Both the position numbers and the translations under genes were made by a program. DNA of 64,000 nt, from NCBI GenBank assembly GCA_965261345.1, contig OZ253449.1, forward strand, positions 448,001 through 512,000, in the 5' to 3' direction. The notes below the pieces were generated by a model that did no database searches, had not been told where the DNA came from, and worked only from the letters and a program-made list of their open reading frames with translations. Source of the stretch: Chloroflexota bacterium. GTDB taxonomy: Bacteria > Chloroflexota > UBA11872 > VXNJ01. Below, in pieces: positions 26,819-37,121 of the stretch; positions within the stretch are counted from its first letter, which is position 1, and each line of letters starts with the position of its first letter.

Positions 26819-29299
26819 TCAGTTCAAGCAATTAGCCGCTTCAGCCGATTTGGCCAGGTGCTTGAAGCGGCCATTCTCGGCGTCTACTAGCAGGACCATT
26901 CCTTCAGCCAGTTCGGTCGCCAATAGCATCTGGGCGGCTGGGTTTTCAATGCGTCGCCGGATCGCCCGAGCCATTGGACGGGCGCCGTACTCTGGGTCCC
27001 AACCCTCAGTTAGCAATAGATCGCGGGCCGCTGCCGAAATCTCCAGCGCAACCCCGCGTTCGGCCAGGCGTTCCCGCAGCGCCGACAACTGGACCTCAAC
27101 CACTTCGGCCACTTCGGCTCGGGTAAGCATTCGAAAGATGATGATCTCATCGACGCGATTGAGAAATTCGGGTGGGAAGTGCCGTCGCAAACGCCCCAGA
27201 AGCGAGGTGCGCAATTGCTCGTGGTCGGGATGCCCGTCGGTATCGGGCAGGCCGAACCCGACTTGATCGCGGCGCACCAGCTGGGCCACACCGACATTGG
27301 AAGTCATGATGATGATCGTGTTGCGAAAATCGACCGTGCGGCCCTGGCCATCGGTTAACCGTCCCGCATCCAGAACCTGCAACAAGGTGTTTATCACCTC
27401 GGGATGGGCTTTTTCGATCTCATCGAAAAGGATTACCTGGTAAGGTCGCCGGCGAACTGTTTCTGACAGCTGGCCGCCCTCACCGTAACCGACGTAGCCC
27501 GGTGGCGCGCCGATCAGGCGTGAGACGGTATGGCGCTCGCCGTATTCGGACATATCAACCCGCACCATCGCGTCGGGGTCATCGAACATGAACTGCGCCA
27601 GTTGCCGCGCCAATTCGGTCTTGCCCACCCCGGTCGGACCCAGGAAGACGAATGACCCCATCGGCCGGTTGGGATCAGATAACCCCGAACGCGAGCGCCG
27701 CAGGGCGTCGGCGACCGCGGTTACTGCCTCGTCCTGACCGATAAGTCGATTGTGGATGGCCTCTTCGATGCGCAGGAGCTTTCGTTTTTCCCCTTCCAGC
27801 ATCGATGAAATCGGCACTCCGGTGGCCTCGGAGACTACCGCCGCTATGTCATCGGCGGTCACCTCCTCGGAGATGTTCTTTTCCGCCAACCAGGCCGCCC
27901 GTTGTTCGGCAAATTGGTCGCGTTGCCGGATCGCTTCCGACTTGTAGTTGGCCGCCTCCTCGTACTGGCGATTTTGCCAGGCCTCCTCCTCGCGGCCTTC
28001 CAACTCCCGCACCTTGCTCTCGAGGGCGTGCAATTCCTCCGGCATGTTGAAGATCTGCAACCGCAGTTTCGCGGCCGCCTCGTCCATCAGGTCGATCGCC
28101 TTGTCGGGCAGGAAACGATCGGTCACATAGCGGCTGGAGAGGCGGGCGGATTGTTCAATCGCTGCATCGGAAATCTTGAGCCGGTGGTGCTCCTCGTACT
28201 TGGGCCGCAGTCCGTGCAGGATCGCGATCGCCGCTTCCAGGTCGGGTTGGTCGACAAAAACCTGCTGGAAGCGCCGCGCAAGCGCCCGGTCGCGTTCAAT
28301 GTGGCGTCGGAACTCATCCAACGTGGTGGCCCCGACGACCTGTAATTCTCCGCGCGAGAGGGCCGGTTTGAGCAGATTGGCGGCGTCGATCGCCCCCTCG
28401 GCCGCACCGGCGCCGACGACATTGTGAAGCTCATCGATGAACAGGATCACGTTGCCGCGCGAATTGATCACTTCCTCGATTACCGATTTGAGACGGTCCT
28501 CAAATTCCCCCCGGAATTTGGACCCGGCCAGCATTTGACCGATGTCTAACACCAACACCCGGCGACCGGTCAGCAACTCGGGAACGTGACCGTCAACGAT
28601 GCGCTGGGCCAACCCCTCGACAATTGCGGTCTTGCCAACGCCGGGTTCCCCGATCAGTACCGGGTTGTTCTTGGTCCGACGCGAGAGAATCCGCATCACC
28701 CGGTCGATTTCGACCTGGCGACCCACCACCGGGTCGATCTGCCCCCGGCGGGCCAGCGCGGTTAGGTCGACACTGTAGCGATCGAGCGCCCCGTAACGGG
28801 TTTCGGCGGTCTTGGACGAGGCGTCCTGCGATCCGCGCAAGGACCGGATCGCCGCGAGCGCCTTTTGTCGGGTGCAGCCGAGTTCAAGCAGGATCTTGGA
28901 GGCCGGCGCCTCGCGCAGGGAGATTACCGCCAGGATGAGGTGTTCGGTGGAGATATAGCTGTCGGAGAGCTGATCTGCCTCTTCGGTTGCGCGGTCGAGC
29001 AGTTGCTTGGTCTGCGGGGTGATATATATCTGCTCCACTGACGAGTTGCCGCGCCGTTCGGTACCGGCCACCTTGGCCTTGCGGTCCAGGAGCCCGTTGA
29101 TCCGTGAGCGAACGAAGTCGGGATTAACGCGCAGGCGCTGGAGGATCCGCACCGCGGTCGAGTCACGGGTCTCGAGCAGCGAAAGCAGGATGTGTTCGGA
29201 ATCTAGCTCCACGTGACCCAATTCGCCCTTGATCCGATTGGCGCCCACGATTACTTCCTGGGCCTTCTCGGTCAGGCGTCCAAAACCAGCATCTGCCAT
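26819..29299 (-). CDS. clpC: Hsp100/Clp AAA+ ATPase, ClpC-type
   Basis: Two Clp-N repeats, Walker A GEPGVGKT and GPTGVGKT, short UVR-like middle domain, VGFG loop; 826 aa. Confidence 0.8.
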   Translation of the reverse strand: MADAGFGRLTEKAQEVIVGANRIKGELGHVELDSEHILLSLLETRDSTAVRILQRLRVNPDFVRSRINGLLDRKAKVAGTERRGNSSVEQIYITPQTKQLLDRATEEADQLSDSYISTEHLILAVISLREAPASKILLELGCTRQKALAAIRSLRGSQDASSKTAETRYGALDRYSVDLTALARRGQIDPVVGRQVEIDRVMRILSRRTKNNPVLIGEPGVGKTAIVEGLAQRIVDGHVPELLTGRRVLVLDIGQMLAGSKFRGEFEDRLKSVIEEVINSRGNVILFIDELHNVVGAGAAEGAIDAANLLKPALSRGELQVVGATTLDEFRRHIERDRALARRFQQVFVDQPDLEAAIAILHGLRPKYEEHHRLKISDAAIEQSARLSSRYVTDRFLPDKAIDLMDEAAAKLRLQIFNMPEELHALESKVRELEGREEEAWQNRQYEEAANYKSEAIRQRDQFAEQRAAWLAEKNISEEVTADDIAAVVSEATGVPISSMLEGEKRKLLRIEEAIHNRLIGQDEAVTAVADALRRSRSGLSDPNRPMGSFVFLGPTGVGKTELARQLAQFMFDDPDAMVRVDMSEYGERHTVSRLIGAPPGYVGYGEGGQLSETVRRRPYQVILFDEIEKAHPEVINTLLQVLDAGRLTDGQGRTVDFRNTIIIMTSNVGVAQLVRRDQVGFGLPDTDGHPDHEQLRTSLLGRLRRHFPPEFLNRVDEIIIFRMLTRAEVAEVVEVQLSALRERLAERGVALEISAAARDLLLTEGWDPEYGARPMARAIRRRIENPAAQMLLATELAEGMVLLVDAENGRFKHLAKSAEAANCLN

Positions 29300-29371
29300 T
29301 TCAATCTCTCCAAAGGCTGGGAACGGCGGTCGCCAGACCCCCGATTGCAGTCCGCACGCTGGATAACACCC

Positions 29372-29782
29372 CTATTGGGTTGCCCGCCGGAGCATGCGCT
29401 TGAGGCGGGCTATTTCGCTGTACAGGCGATTTAGCTCGCGCTTGTGGGCGAGCGCTTGTTCGTCCAGCTCGATTCGCTGTTGGCGGCGCAGCTGATCCGC
29501 CTGATCATGCAGGTCCAAAATTATCTCCACACCCGACAGATTTGCGCCCTCGTCCTGGGTCAGTTCCCGGATCCGCCGCACTCGCTGCACATCTCGCATC
29601 GAATACATCCGCACCGCTCCGCCGGAGCGGATCGGGTTGACCAGACCCATGCGCTCATAGTGGCGCAGCGTCTGCGGATGGGTGCCGGTCATCTGCGCGA
29701 CAACCCCGATGAAAAAGCCCTTGATGTCGATGTCGTCGCCTCGGACTGGCCGCGTGGCGGGATCAGAATCGTCAGTGCGCAT
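29372..29782 (-). CDS. hspR: MerR-family heat-shock repressor HspR
   Basis: IGVVAQMTGTHPQTLRHYERMGLVNP.RS.G..RMYS, GANLSGV; directly follows dnaJ. Confidence 0.9.
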   Translation of the reverse strand: MRTDDSDPATRPVRGDDIDIKGFFIGVVAQMTGTHPQTLRHYERMGLVNPIRSGGAVRMYSMRDVQRVRRIRELTQDEGANLSGVEIILDLHDQADQLRRQQRIELDEQALAHKRELNRLYSEIARLKRMLRRATQ

Positions 29783-30731
29783 CGGCGGTCTCCGGGATCT
29801 CCCCGCGCAGCTTGCCCAATTCCAAGATCAGCGAGCGCTGTTCCTCGGTCAAGCCCTTAGGGGTAGTAACGTTCACCTTTACGAACAGATCGCCGCGGTC
29901 AGGCTTGCCCATCACCGGCAGGCCCTTGCCGCGCAGGCGCAGGCGCGATCCTTGGGAAACCTCGGGCGGAACCTGAACCCGAAGGGTCTGGCCGTCCAGA
30001 GTTGACACCAACGCCGAAGTCCCCAGCGCAGCGGCCGTCATCGAGATTTCGATTTCGGTCTCAAGATCGGCGCCCAGCCGGCGCACGTCGGCGTGATCTA
30101 GAACATTTACTTTTAGGAATAGGTCGCCGCGGGTCGAATCGGGTCGCACGCCGCCCTCGCCGGCCAGGCGGATCCGCGCGCCGGGTCGCACTCCGGCCGG
30201 GATTTTCACCCGCAGACGGCGGGTCGCCGCCCCGCCCGCGCCGTCGGGCGAACGAACCAAGATTATCCGCACCGAGCCGTTTAGAACCTCCTGCAAGGTC
30301 ACGTCGATCTCGTGCGAAACGTCGGCGGCCAGACTACCTCGGACGGACCCGGGACGCGACCGCGCCGGTCCCTGGCCGCCAAAGAGCTGCTCGAAAAATT
30401 GGGAAAAGCCGGTCCCTGGACCAAACGGCACTGCTCCGGCGAACCCACCGCCGCCAAATCCGGCCTGGTGCATCGCCGATTCATACGAACCGCTCTGGCG
30501 GTATGCGTTGCCGAAGCGGTCGTAGCGCGCCTTTTTTTCCGGGTCGGAGAGGACCTGGTGGGCCTCATTGACCTCCTTGAAGCGATCCTCGGCCGCGCTG
30601 TCGCCGGGATTGGCGTCCGGGTGGTACTTGCGGGCCAGACGGCGATACGCGCGTTTGATCTCGTCAGCGCCGGCCGACCGCTCCAGCCCGAGAACCCGGT
30701 AATAGTCTTTGTACTCCACCGTCGCGGCCAC
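29772..30731 (-). CDS. dnaJ: DnaJ class B chaperone (CbpA-like, no zinc finger)
   Basis: YKDYY..LG, YHPD, G/F region, C-terminal domain, no CxxCxGxG repeats. Confidence 0.9.
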   Translation of the reverse strand: MAATVEYKDYYRVLGLERSAGADEIKRAYRRLARKYHPDANPGDSAAEDRFKEVNEAHQVLSDPEKKARYDRFGNAYRQSGSYESAMHQAGFGGGGFAGAVPFGPGTGFSQFFEQLFGGQGPARSRPGSVRGSLAADVSHEIDVTLQEVLNGSVRIILVRSPDGAGGAATRRLRVKIPAGVRPGARIRLAGEGGVRPDSTRGDLFLKVNVLDHADVRRLGADLETEIEISMTAAALGTSALVSTLDGQTLRVQVPPEVSQGSRLRLRGKGLPVMGKPDRGDLFVKVNVTTPKGLTEEQRSLILELGKLRGEIPETADAH

Positions 30732-30734
30732 CTC

Positions 30735-31211
30735 CTATTGCGGCGGACCCGCGACGCGGACCTGGGTCGGCCGCAAAACCACCGAACCGAACTGGTAGCC
30801 GTCGCGCACGACATCAACTATCTGGCCTTCCACTGCATCCGCCCGTTCGACCACCGCCAGAACCTCGTGCAGGTGCGGGTCGAACTGACCTGAGGCCTGA
30901 ATAAGCGCCAGCCCGGCTCGTTGGAGGGCCTCGACCAGCTGAGCTCGCACCAGCCCCACCCCCACCGTGAACTGATCGCGCTCAGGGTCGGCCGCCAGCA
31001 ACGCTCGGTCCAGGCTGTCGAGCACAGGCAGAAGTTCAAGCAAAAGCGCCTGGCGGGCTCCGGCGACGGCGTCGTGCTGGCGCCGCGCGGCCCGTCGCAG
31101 CAAGTTTTCCTGGTCGGCTTGCAGGCGCAGCACCTGATCCTGCAATTGGGCCAGGCGCTCTGGCCCCTCGGGCAGTGGTTCGGCCGTGGTCCTAACCGGT
31201 TCAACGGTCAT
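30735..31211 (-). CDS. grpE: Nucleotide exchange factor GrpE (second copy)
   Basis: RLQADQENLLRR, LLPVLDSLDRAL, FDPHLHE, GYQFGSVVLRP. Confidence 0.9.
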   Translation of the reverse strand: MTVEPVRTTAEPLPEGPERLAQLQDQVLRLQADQENLLRRAARRQHDAVAGARQALLLELLPVLDSLDRALLAADPERDQFTVGVGLVRAQLVEALQRAGLALIQASGQFDPHLHEVLAVVERADAVEGQIVDVVRDGYQFGSVVLRPTQVRVAGPPQ

Positions 31212-31214
31212 TGC

Positions 31215-33134
31215 TTACTTACTCTCGTCATCGGCGGTCGAAAACTCGGCATCGACCACATCGTCGCCATCTTCACGCTGGCTCTCGTCCGCCGCGCCAT
31301 TGTCGCTGGGCGGCCTGTCCGGATTGGCCGCCTGGTAAACCCGTTGGCCAATTTCCATCTGGCGCTGAGTAAGGGCCTCCGCCTGGCTCCGCAACTGGGC
31401 CAAGTCGGGCGCTTCTTGGGAAAGCAGCGCCCGCAGGTCGGCAATCTGCTTTTCGATTTCGGATTTCTCGTCGCCGGCTAATTTGTCAGTGTTTTCATTG
31501 ACCAGCCGCTCGAGTTGGTAGGCGGTGGTGTCGGCCTGGTTGCGCAGGTCGGCCAGCTCCCGACGATCGCGGTCCTCCTTGGCGTGTTTTTCGGCGTCCT
31601 TTACCAAGGCATCGATCTGGTCGTGATCAAGATTGGTGGAGGCCGTGATCGTAATCTTTTGCTCCTTGCCGGTCCCGGTGTCCTTGGCCTTGACGTTTAC
31701 GATCCCGTTTACGTCGATATCGAAGGTGACCTCGATCTGCGGAACTCCGCGCGGGGCAGCGGGGATGCCTTCCAGGCGGAAACGGCCCAGCGTCATGTTG
31801 TCGGCGGCCATTGCCCGCTCGCCTTGGAGGACGTGAATGTCAACCGCCGTCTGTCCGTCTTCGGCGGTGGAAAACACCTCGGTTTTTGACGTTGGGATGG
31901 TCGTATTGCGTTCGATCAGGGTGGTCTTGACCGAGCCGAGGGTCTCAAGGCCGAGCGATAGCGGGGTCACATCGAGCAGAACCACATCGCGCACCTCGCC
32001 GGTGATGATTCCGGCTTGGATGGCCGCACCGATCGCCACCACCTCGTCGGGGTTGACCGAGCGGTTTGGTTCTTTGCCGGTCAGTTCAGTGACCAACTTC
32101 TGGACGGCCGGCATGCGCGTGGACCCGCCCACCATCACGATTTCGTCAACCTGCTCAGGACTGATCGCGGCATCCCGCAGCGCCTTGTGGAACGGCCCGA
32201 TCATGCGCTTGTTGAGGTCGTCGACTAGTTCCTCAAAACGCGAACGCATCAAGGTCACCGCCAGGTGCTTGGGTCCGCTCTGGTCGGCCGTGATAAAAGG
32301 CAGGTTGATTTCGGTCTGCGGCGTCGTCGAGAGTTCGATCTTGGCTTTTTCGGCCGCCTCGACCAAGCGTTGCAGAGCCTGCGGGTCAGAGTGCAGGTCG
32401 ATCCCCTGGTCGCGCTTGAACTCGGCGACCAGGTATTGGACTATCCGCTGGTCGTAATCATCGCCTCCCAGGTGGGTGTCGCCGTTGGTGGCCTTGACCT
32501 CAAATACACCGTCGCCTACCTCAAGCACCGAAACGTCAAAGGTTCCGCCGCCCAGGTCCCATACTAGGATCGTTTCGGCCTCCTTCTTGTCCAGGCCGTA
32601 GGCCAGCGATGCGGCGGTGGGTTCGTTGATGATCCGCAGAACATCAAGACCGGCAATGGTTCCGGCGTTTTTGGTGGCCTGGCGCTGGGAATCGTTAAAG
32701 TAGGCCGGAGCTGTAATTACCGCCTGCTTTACTTCCTCGCCCAGGTACTCCTCGGCATCGGCCTTGAGCTTTTGCAGGACCATCGCCGAGATCTCTTCCG
32801 GGGTCACGTCGCCGTTGAGCTGCGGGATCCGGATCCGCGCCTCGCCGCCTTTACCCTCGACGATCTCAAACGAGACCGCCTTGCGTTCATCTTCGACCTC
32901 GTCAAAGCGGCGGCCGACAAAGCGCTTGGCCGAATAAATTGTGTTTGAGGGATTGAGCACACTCTGGCGGCGTGCCAGTTGCCCGACCAAACGTTCGCCG
33001 GATTTGGAATAGGCGACCACCGACGGGGTCGTCCGGGCGCCCTCGACGTTGGTGATTACCGTTGGCTGGCCGGCTTCCATGAACGCGACCACTGAATTGG
33101 TGGTCCCGATGTCAATGCCAACTACTTTGGCCAT
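31215..33134 (-). CDS. dnaK: Chaperone DnaK (Hsp70)
   Basis: [46 protein letters not shown] tail. Confidence 0.98.
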   Translation of the reverse strand: MAKVVGIDIGTTNSVVAFMEAGQPTVITNVEGARTTPSVVAYSKSGERLVGQLARRQSVLNPSNTIYSAKRFVGRRFDEVEDERKAVSFEIVEGKGGEARIRIPQLNGDVTPEEISAMVLQKLKADAEEYLGEEVKQAVITAPAYFNDSQRQATKNAGTIAGLDVLRIINEPTAASLAYGLDKKEAETILVWDLGGGTFDVSVLEVGDGVFEVKATNGDTHLGGDDYDQRIVQYLVAEFKRDQGIDLHSDPQALQRLVEAAEKAKIELSTTPQTEINLPFITADQSGPKHLAVTLMRSRFEELVDDLNKRMIGPFHKALRDAAISPEQVDEIVMVGGSTRMPAVQKLVTELTGKEPNRSVNPDEVVAIGAAIQAGIITGEVRDVVLLDVTPLSLGLETLGSVKTTLIERNTTIPTSKTEVFSTAEDGQTAVDIHVLQGERAMAADNMTLGRFRLEGIPAAPRGVPQIEVTFDIDVNGIVNVKAKDTGTGKEQKITITASTNLDHDQIDALVKDAEKHAKEDRDRRELADLRNQADTTAYQLERLVNENTDKLAGDEKSEIEKQIADLRALLSQEAPDLAQLRSQAEALTQRQMEIGQRVYQAANPDRPPSDNGAADESQREDGDDVVDAEFSTADDESK

Positions 33135-33194
33135 TTAGCTATTGCCTTTCTGTTTGCTTCCGACCGGGATGACAGGCGGAAATTTGGTGTGATT

Positions 33195-33207
33195 TGTCAA
33201 CTTGAGT
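33195..33207. promoter_or_regulatory. Perfect HAIR half-site (CTTGAGT) abutting a minus-strand TTGACA upstream of dnaK
   Basis: Plus strand tgtcaa-cttgagt; no partner half-site at N7 and no clear -10. Confidence 0.3.
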
Positions 33208-35612
33208 TATTGGGCTGAGGCCGGCCGCAGGGCCGCAACCAAAACCTGATCCATCGATTCAACAAAGGTGATATCCAACTGCCGGCGTACGTCTTCGGGG
33301 ATTTCTCCAAACTCGGCCCGGTTTTCGGATGGAAGGATAACCCGTGAGATTCCATGCCGCTGGGCGGCCAGAACCTTTTCCTTCACGCCGCCGATCGGCA
33401 GCACTCGGCCGCGAATCGTAACCTCGCCGGTCATCGCCAGGTCACCGCGCACCGACTGGCCCAGCAGGGCCGACGCCAGGGCGGTTCCAATGGCGATCCC
33501 GGCTGAGGGGCCGTCTTTGGGGACCGCGCCCTCGGGAACATGCAGATGTACAAAGGAATTTGCAAAAGTATTGGGCTGATATCCCAATTCGCGTGCGTGC
33601 ATTTCGATGTAGGAGAGCGCCGCTTTCGCCGATTCGTTCATCACCGCGCCGAGATTGCCGGTGCAGAGAAACCGGCGCTTGCCGCGCCCCCAGGCGGCTT
33701 CGACCGGGAGCAAGGCGCCACCGTGGCTGGTGACCGCCAATCCGTTGACCACGCCGATCCGATCCCGGTGATTACCCGGGCGATCGATGAATCGGGCCGG
33801 GCCCAGCAAATCGCGCAATTGATCGGGGCCAACCGCCTGGGCCGGCGAGGGATCCTCGCTTTCGGCCAATCGTCGGGCCGTTTTGCGGCATATCGCCGCG
33901 ATTTGCCGTTCCAGCTCCCGTACACCGGCCTCACGCGCGTAGTTGGCGATCAGGGCTTCGATCGTCTGGTCTTGTATCGCTAGCGCCGGATCAGTCTGAT
34001 CCCCGCCCGTCAGGCCATGCTCGGCCAGCTGGCGTGGCACCAGGTGGCGGCGGGCGATCGCCAGTTTTTCGCGAACCGTATATCCCTCCAACCGGATGAT
34101 CTCGAGGCGGTCGCGCAGGGTGGGTGGAATGCCCCATTCGTCATTGGCGGTAAGCAGGAACATTACCTGGGAGAGGTCGTAGCCAATCTCCAGGTAGTGG
34201 TCTGAGAATTCGCGATTGTGCTCGGAGTCGAGCGCCTCGAGCAGGGCCGAGGACGGATCACCGCGGAAGTCGCGCCCTATCTTGTCGACCTCGTCGAGGA
34301 CGAATACCGGATCGGTTACACCGGCCCGGGTCATGCCTTGGATGATCCGTCCCGGCATCGCCCCCACATAGGTGCGGCGGTGACCACGTATTTCAGCCTC
34401 ATCCCGTACTCCGCCCAGTGAAATCCGCACGAACCGGCGGCGCAGAGCCTGGGCGATCGCCCGCCCCATGCTGGTTTTGCCAACTCCGGGCGGTCCAACC
34501 AGGCAAAGAATCGGGCTTTGCGACTGGTCGGTCAGCGAGCGCACCGCAAGGTGCTCCAGCACCCGTTCCTTTACCTTTTCGAGGCCAAAGTGGTGACGGT
34601 CCAGAACCTTGCGGCAATGCTTGAGTCCGACCCGCCGGCGCCGGACCTTTACCGCCGGCCAGGGAAGCTCCAGCAGCGTGTCAATGTAATTGCGAACGAC
34701 GGCAATCTCGGGCGAGGCCGGCGATATCCCCTCCAGCCGCTCGGCTTCGGAAACGGCCCGGGTCCGCACCACTTCGGGCATCTGCGCGTCGTCGATGGCC
34801 TGCAGCAATTCGTCGCGGTCGTCGCCGACCGCCTGCGCGATTCCCAGTTCGCGCTGAATTGTGCGCAGCTGCTCTTTTAGGTAATAGTCGCGCTGGGTCT
34901 CTTCGATTCCCTGTTGAATCTTGGATTGAATCGAGGAACGCACATCCAGCGTCCGGATCCATCCGCCGAGCAGGGCGGTCAGTTCGAATAGGCGATCGTA
35001 GGTGTCTAGGTTTTCCAGCAACAGCTGCTGGCGGACGGGGTCATCAACCAGTCGCGCCGCAGTCAGATCGGCCAGATAGCCGGGGTGGGTGAGCCGACGG
35101 GCCAGCGACACGACCTCGGGCGGCACGCGGTTGCTCTTCTCCGCATATTCGTGGATCTGGGAAGCAAGGGTGCGCCGCAGGGCCTCCAATTCAGGTCCGC
35201 TGCGAACGGTTTCCTCGAGCCGGCTCACAATTGCCAGCTGGCCCTCGCCTTCCGCCGTAAGAGCCAATAACTGCGCACGGTGCTCACCTTTAAAGAGCGC
35301 CGAATATCCACCGGTCGGCACCATGTAGCGGCGCACCAGGTTGCAGACCGTGCCAACCCGGCAATACTCCGGTTGACTGGGCCGTCGACGCTTGGTGGCG
35401 CGGAGCAGCAGTACCCGCCCATCGCCGCTGGCGGCCTGCTCGAGCGCCCAAAGGGCAGATTCCTCAGTTAGCTGCAGCGGCTGCGAAATGCGCGGGAAAG
35501 CCACGCTGTCCACCAGGCTGATGACCGGGTATTCGGCGGTACCCGTCAAACTGTCGCCGGCATTCTCAAAATCCGGTCCAGCGGTCAACCCTATTCTCGT
35601 CCTCACTGGCAT
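33207..35612 (-). CDS. lon: ATP-dependent Lon protease
   Basis: Walker [21 protein letters not shown], catalytic PKDGPSAG and GGVKEK. Confidence 0.97.
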   Translation of the reverse strand: MPVRTRIGLTAGPDFENAGDSLTGTAEYPVISLVDSVAFPRISQPLQLTEESALWALEQAASGDGRVLLLRATKRRRPSQPEYCRVGTVCNLVRRYMVPTGGYSALFKGEHRAQLLALTAEGEGQLAIVSRLEETVRSGPELEALRRTLASQIHEYAEKSNRVPPEVVSLARRLTHPGYLADLTAARLVDDPVRQQLLLENLDTYDRLFELTALLGGWIRTLDVRSSIQSKIQQGIEETQRDYYLKEQLRTIQRELGIAQAVGDDRDELLQAIDDAQMPEVVRTRAVSEAERLEGISPASPEIAVVRNYIDTLLELPWPAVKVRRRRVGLKHCRKVLDRHHFGLEKVKERVLEHLAVRSLTDQSQSPILCLVGPPGVGKTSMGRAIAQALRRRFVRISLGGVRDEAEIRGHRRTYVGAMPGRIIQGMTRAGVTDPVFVLDEVDKIGRDFRGDPSSALLEALDSEHNREFSDHYLEIGYDLSQVMFLLTANDEWGIPPTLRDRLEIIRLEGYTVREKLAIARRHLVPRQLAEHGLTGGDQTDPALAIQDQTIEALIANYAREAGVRELERQIAAICRKTARRLAESEDPSPAQAVGPDQLRDLLGPARFIDRPGNHRDRIGVVNGLAVTSHGGALLPVEAAWGRGKRRFLCTGNLGAVMNESAKAALSYIEMHARELGYQPNTFANSFVHLHVPEGAVPKDGPSAGIAIGTALASALLGQSVRGDLAMTGEVTIRGRVLPIGGVKEKVLAAQRHGISRVILPSENRAEFGEIPEDVRRQLDITFVESMDQVLVAALRPASAQ

Positions 35613-35629
35613 TTGTTTACAACAAGTGC

Positions 35630-35658
35630 AGTCTAGTAGTTGAGCGTCTCAGTGTCAA
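35630..35658 (-). promoter_or_regulatory. Sigma70-type promoter of the lon-dnaK operon
   Basis: Minus strand TTGACA-N17-TAGACT, ending 17 nt before the lon ATG. Confidence 0.8.
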
Positions 35659-35659
35659 G
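35639..35659. promoter_or_regulatory. HAIR-like HspR operator overlapping the -35 and spacer
   Basis: GTTGAGC-N7-TGTCAAG versus consensus CTTGAGT-N7-ACTCAAG (5/7 in each arm, correct spacing); hspR is in the operon. Confidence 0.65.
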
Positions 35660-35900
35660 TACTTTGATTGCTTGGCAATAATATCCGGTCCCCCGATGCG
35701 GAAATTGGCGCCACCAATCAACTCGTTTTCCCCGGTCGGGGCCAGATGGCGACCGCGGCGGCGCGGGCGGATCAGTTTTCCGGTCGCAGTCGGCCGCCAC
35801 TCCCGTCGGCGGCGCTGCCGGGCCGTGGCGCTGCCAACGATTTCTAGGCGATAATGCTGCGAGCCCCGGATCGGTGGCTCTAATCGTGCCGGTTATCTAG

Positions 35901-35966
35901 TTGCACTACCAACATTTCTATTTCGCGTTTATCGGGCCGGTGGGGCCGGCCGGAATGCGCATGTAG
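35901..35966 (+). CDS. Putative Tyr/Phe attenuator leader peptide (MHYQHFYFAFIGPVGPAGMRM)
   Basis: TTG-initiated 21-codon ORF with 2 Tyr and 3 Phe in codons 3-10, between the promoter region and the terminator upstream of aroF. Confidence 0.75.
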   Translation: MHYQHFYFAFIGPVGPAGMRM

Positions 35967-35989
35967 CAAACCGATCAGTCACACCGGCC

Positions 35990-36016
35990 AGCAGAGGTAA
36001 ATCCTCTGCTTTTTTT
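35990..36016 (+). terminator. Intrinsic terminator (attenuator) in the aroF leader
   Basis: AGCAGAGG-TAAAT-CCTCTGCT followed by TTTTTT, about 50 nt before the aroF ATG. Confidence 0.85.
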
Positions 36017-36067
36017 CGTATCGACCCCAACTCAACAGACAAACCCTGCACAAAGTGAAAACCATCC

Positions 36068-37108
36068 ATGGTAATAGTTACTAAATCGGGTATCAACGAA
36101 GGCCAGATAATCCGGATCGAGGAGCGGATCCGCGCCGAAGGCCTCGGGGCCCACCGCTCGCCCGGAACCAGCGTGATCGTGATCGGAGTGATCGGTTCCC
36201 CGAGCGAATCCTTCCGCGAACAGATGGCGGTTTTTTCCGGGGTTGATCGGGTGATTCGCATCGGGCGCCCCTACACCTTGGCCGGCCGCGGCGACGGTCG
36301 CGAAGACACAAGTTTCCAGATCGGCAACGCCAAAGTGGGCGGCGCCGAAGGGGTGACCATGATCGCCGGGCCCTGCACGATCGAAACCCGCGAACAACTA
36401 TTTGCGACCGCGGCCGCGGTCAAGGCCGCCGGAGCGACGGTGCTGCGCGGCGGCGCCTACAAACCGCGCACTTCCCCCTACAGCTTCCAGGGACTGGCGT
36501 TGACCGGCCTGGAATACCTGCGCGAGGCATCGGAGGAGTTCAACCTGCCCACCATCACCGAGGTAATGGAGCCCGGCTTGGTCGAGCAGGTTTCGCAATT
36601 TACCGACATCCTTCAAATCGGGGCCCGCAATTCGCAGAACTATCCCCTGCTGCGCCAGGCTGGCCAAAGCGGGATGCCGGTAATGGTCAAGCGCGGCCCG
36701 TCGAGCACGATCGAGGAATGGTTGCTTTCGGCCGAGTACGTGATGGCTTCCGGCAGCCCCCGGGTCATGCTCTGCGAGCGTGGAATACGGACCTTCGAAA
36801 GGGCTACCCGGGCCACCCAGGACATCACCGCGATCGCCATGGCAAAACGCCTCTCGCACCTGCCGGTCATCGTTGACCCGGCGCACGGAACCGGGAAATG
36901 GTACCTGGTCGAAGCGCTGACCTTGGCCGGGGTGGCCGCCGGCGCCGATGGCGCGATGTTGGAAGTTCATCCTGAACCGGACAAGGCGCTCTGCGACGGG
37001 CCGCAGAGCCTGACGTTTGAGAACTTTGAAAACCTGATGCACAAGTTGGCGGTCATGACTGAAGCCTTGGGCCGTCCGCTGCGCCAGGCCGCAACCGCGG
37101 CGGCCTAA
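36068..37108 (+). CDS. aroF: DAHP synthase type I-beta with N-terminal ACT-like regulatory domain
   Basis: IAGPCTIE, RGGAYKPRTSPYSFQG, QIGARN, CERGIRTF, CDGPQSL. Confidence 0.93.
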   Translation: MVIVTKSGINEGQIIRIEERIRAEGLGAHRSPGTSVIVIGVIGSPSESFREQMAVFSGVDRVIRIGRPYTLAGRGDGREDTSFQIGNAKVGGAEGVTMIAGPCTIETREQLFATAAAVKAAGATVLRGGAYKPRTSPYSFQGLALTGLEYLREASEEFNLPTITEVMEPGLVEQVSQFTDILQIGARNSQNYPLLRQAGQSGMPVMVKRGPSSTIEEWLLSAEYVMASGSPRVMLCERGIRTFERATRATQDITAIAMAKRLSHLPVIVDPAHGTGKWYLVEALTLAGVAAGADGAMLEVHPEPDKALCDGPQSLTFENFENLMHKLAVMTEALGRPLRQAATAAA

Positions 37109-37121
37109 ACGCAAAAAGCCC

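Noticed and set aside
26819-29299. Annotation as clpB
   Set aside because: Middle domain too short and a VGF loop is present
35860-36016. T-box riboswitch upstream of aroF
   Set aside because: No GGTGGNACC T-box motif before the terminator; the Tyr/Phe uORF explains the terminator better
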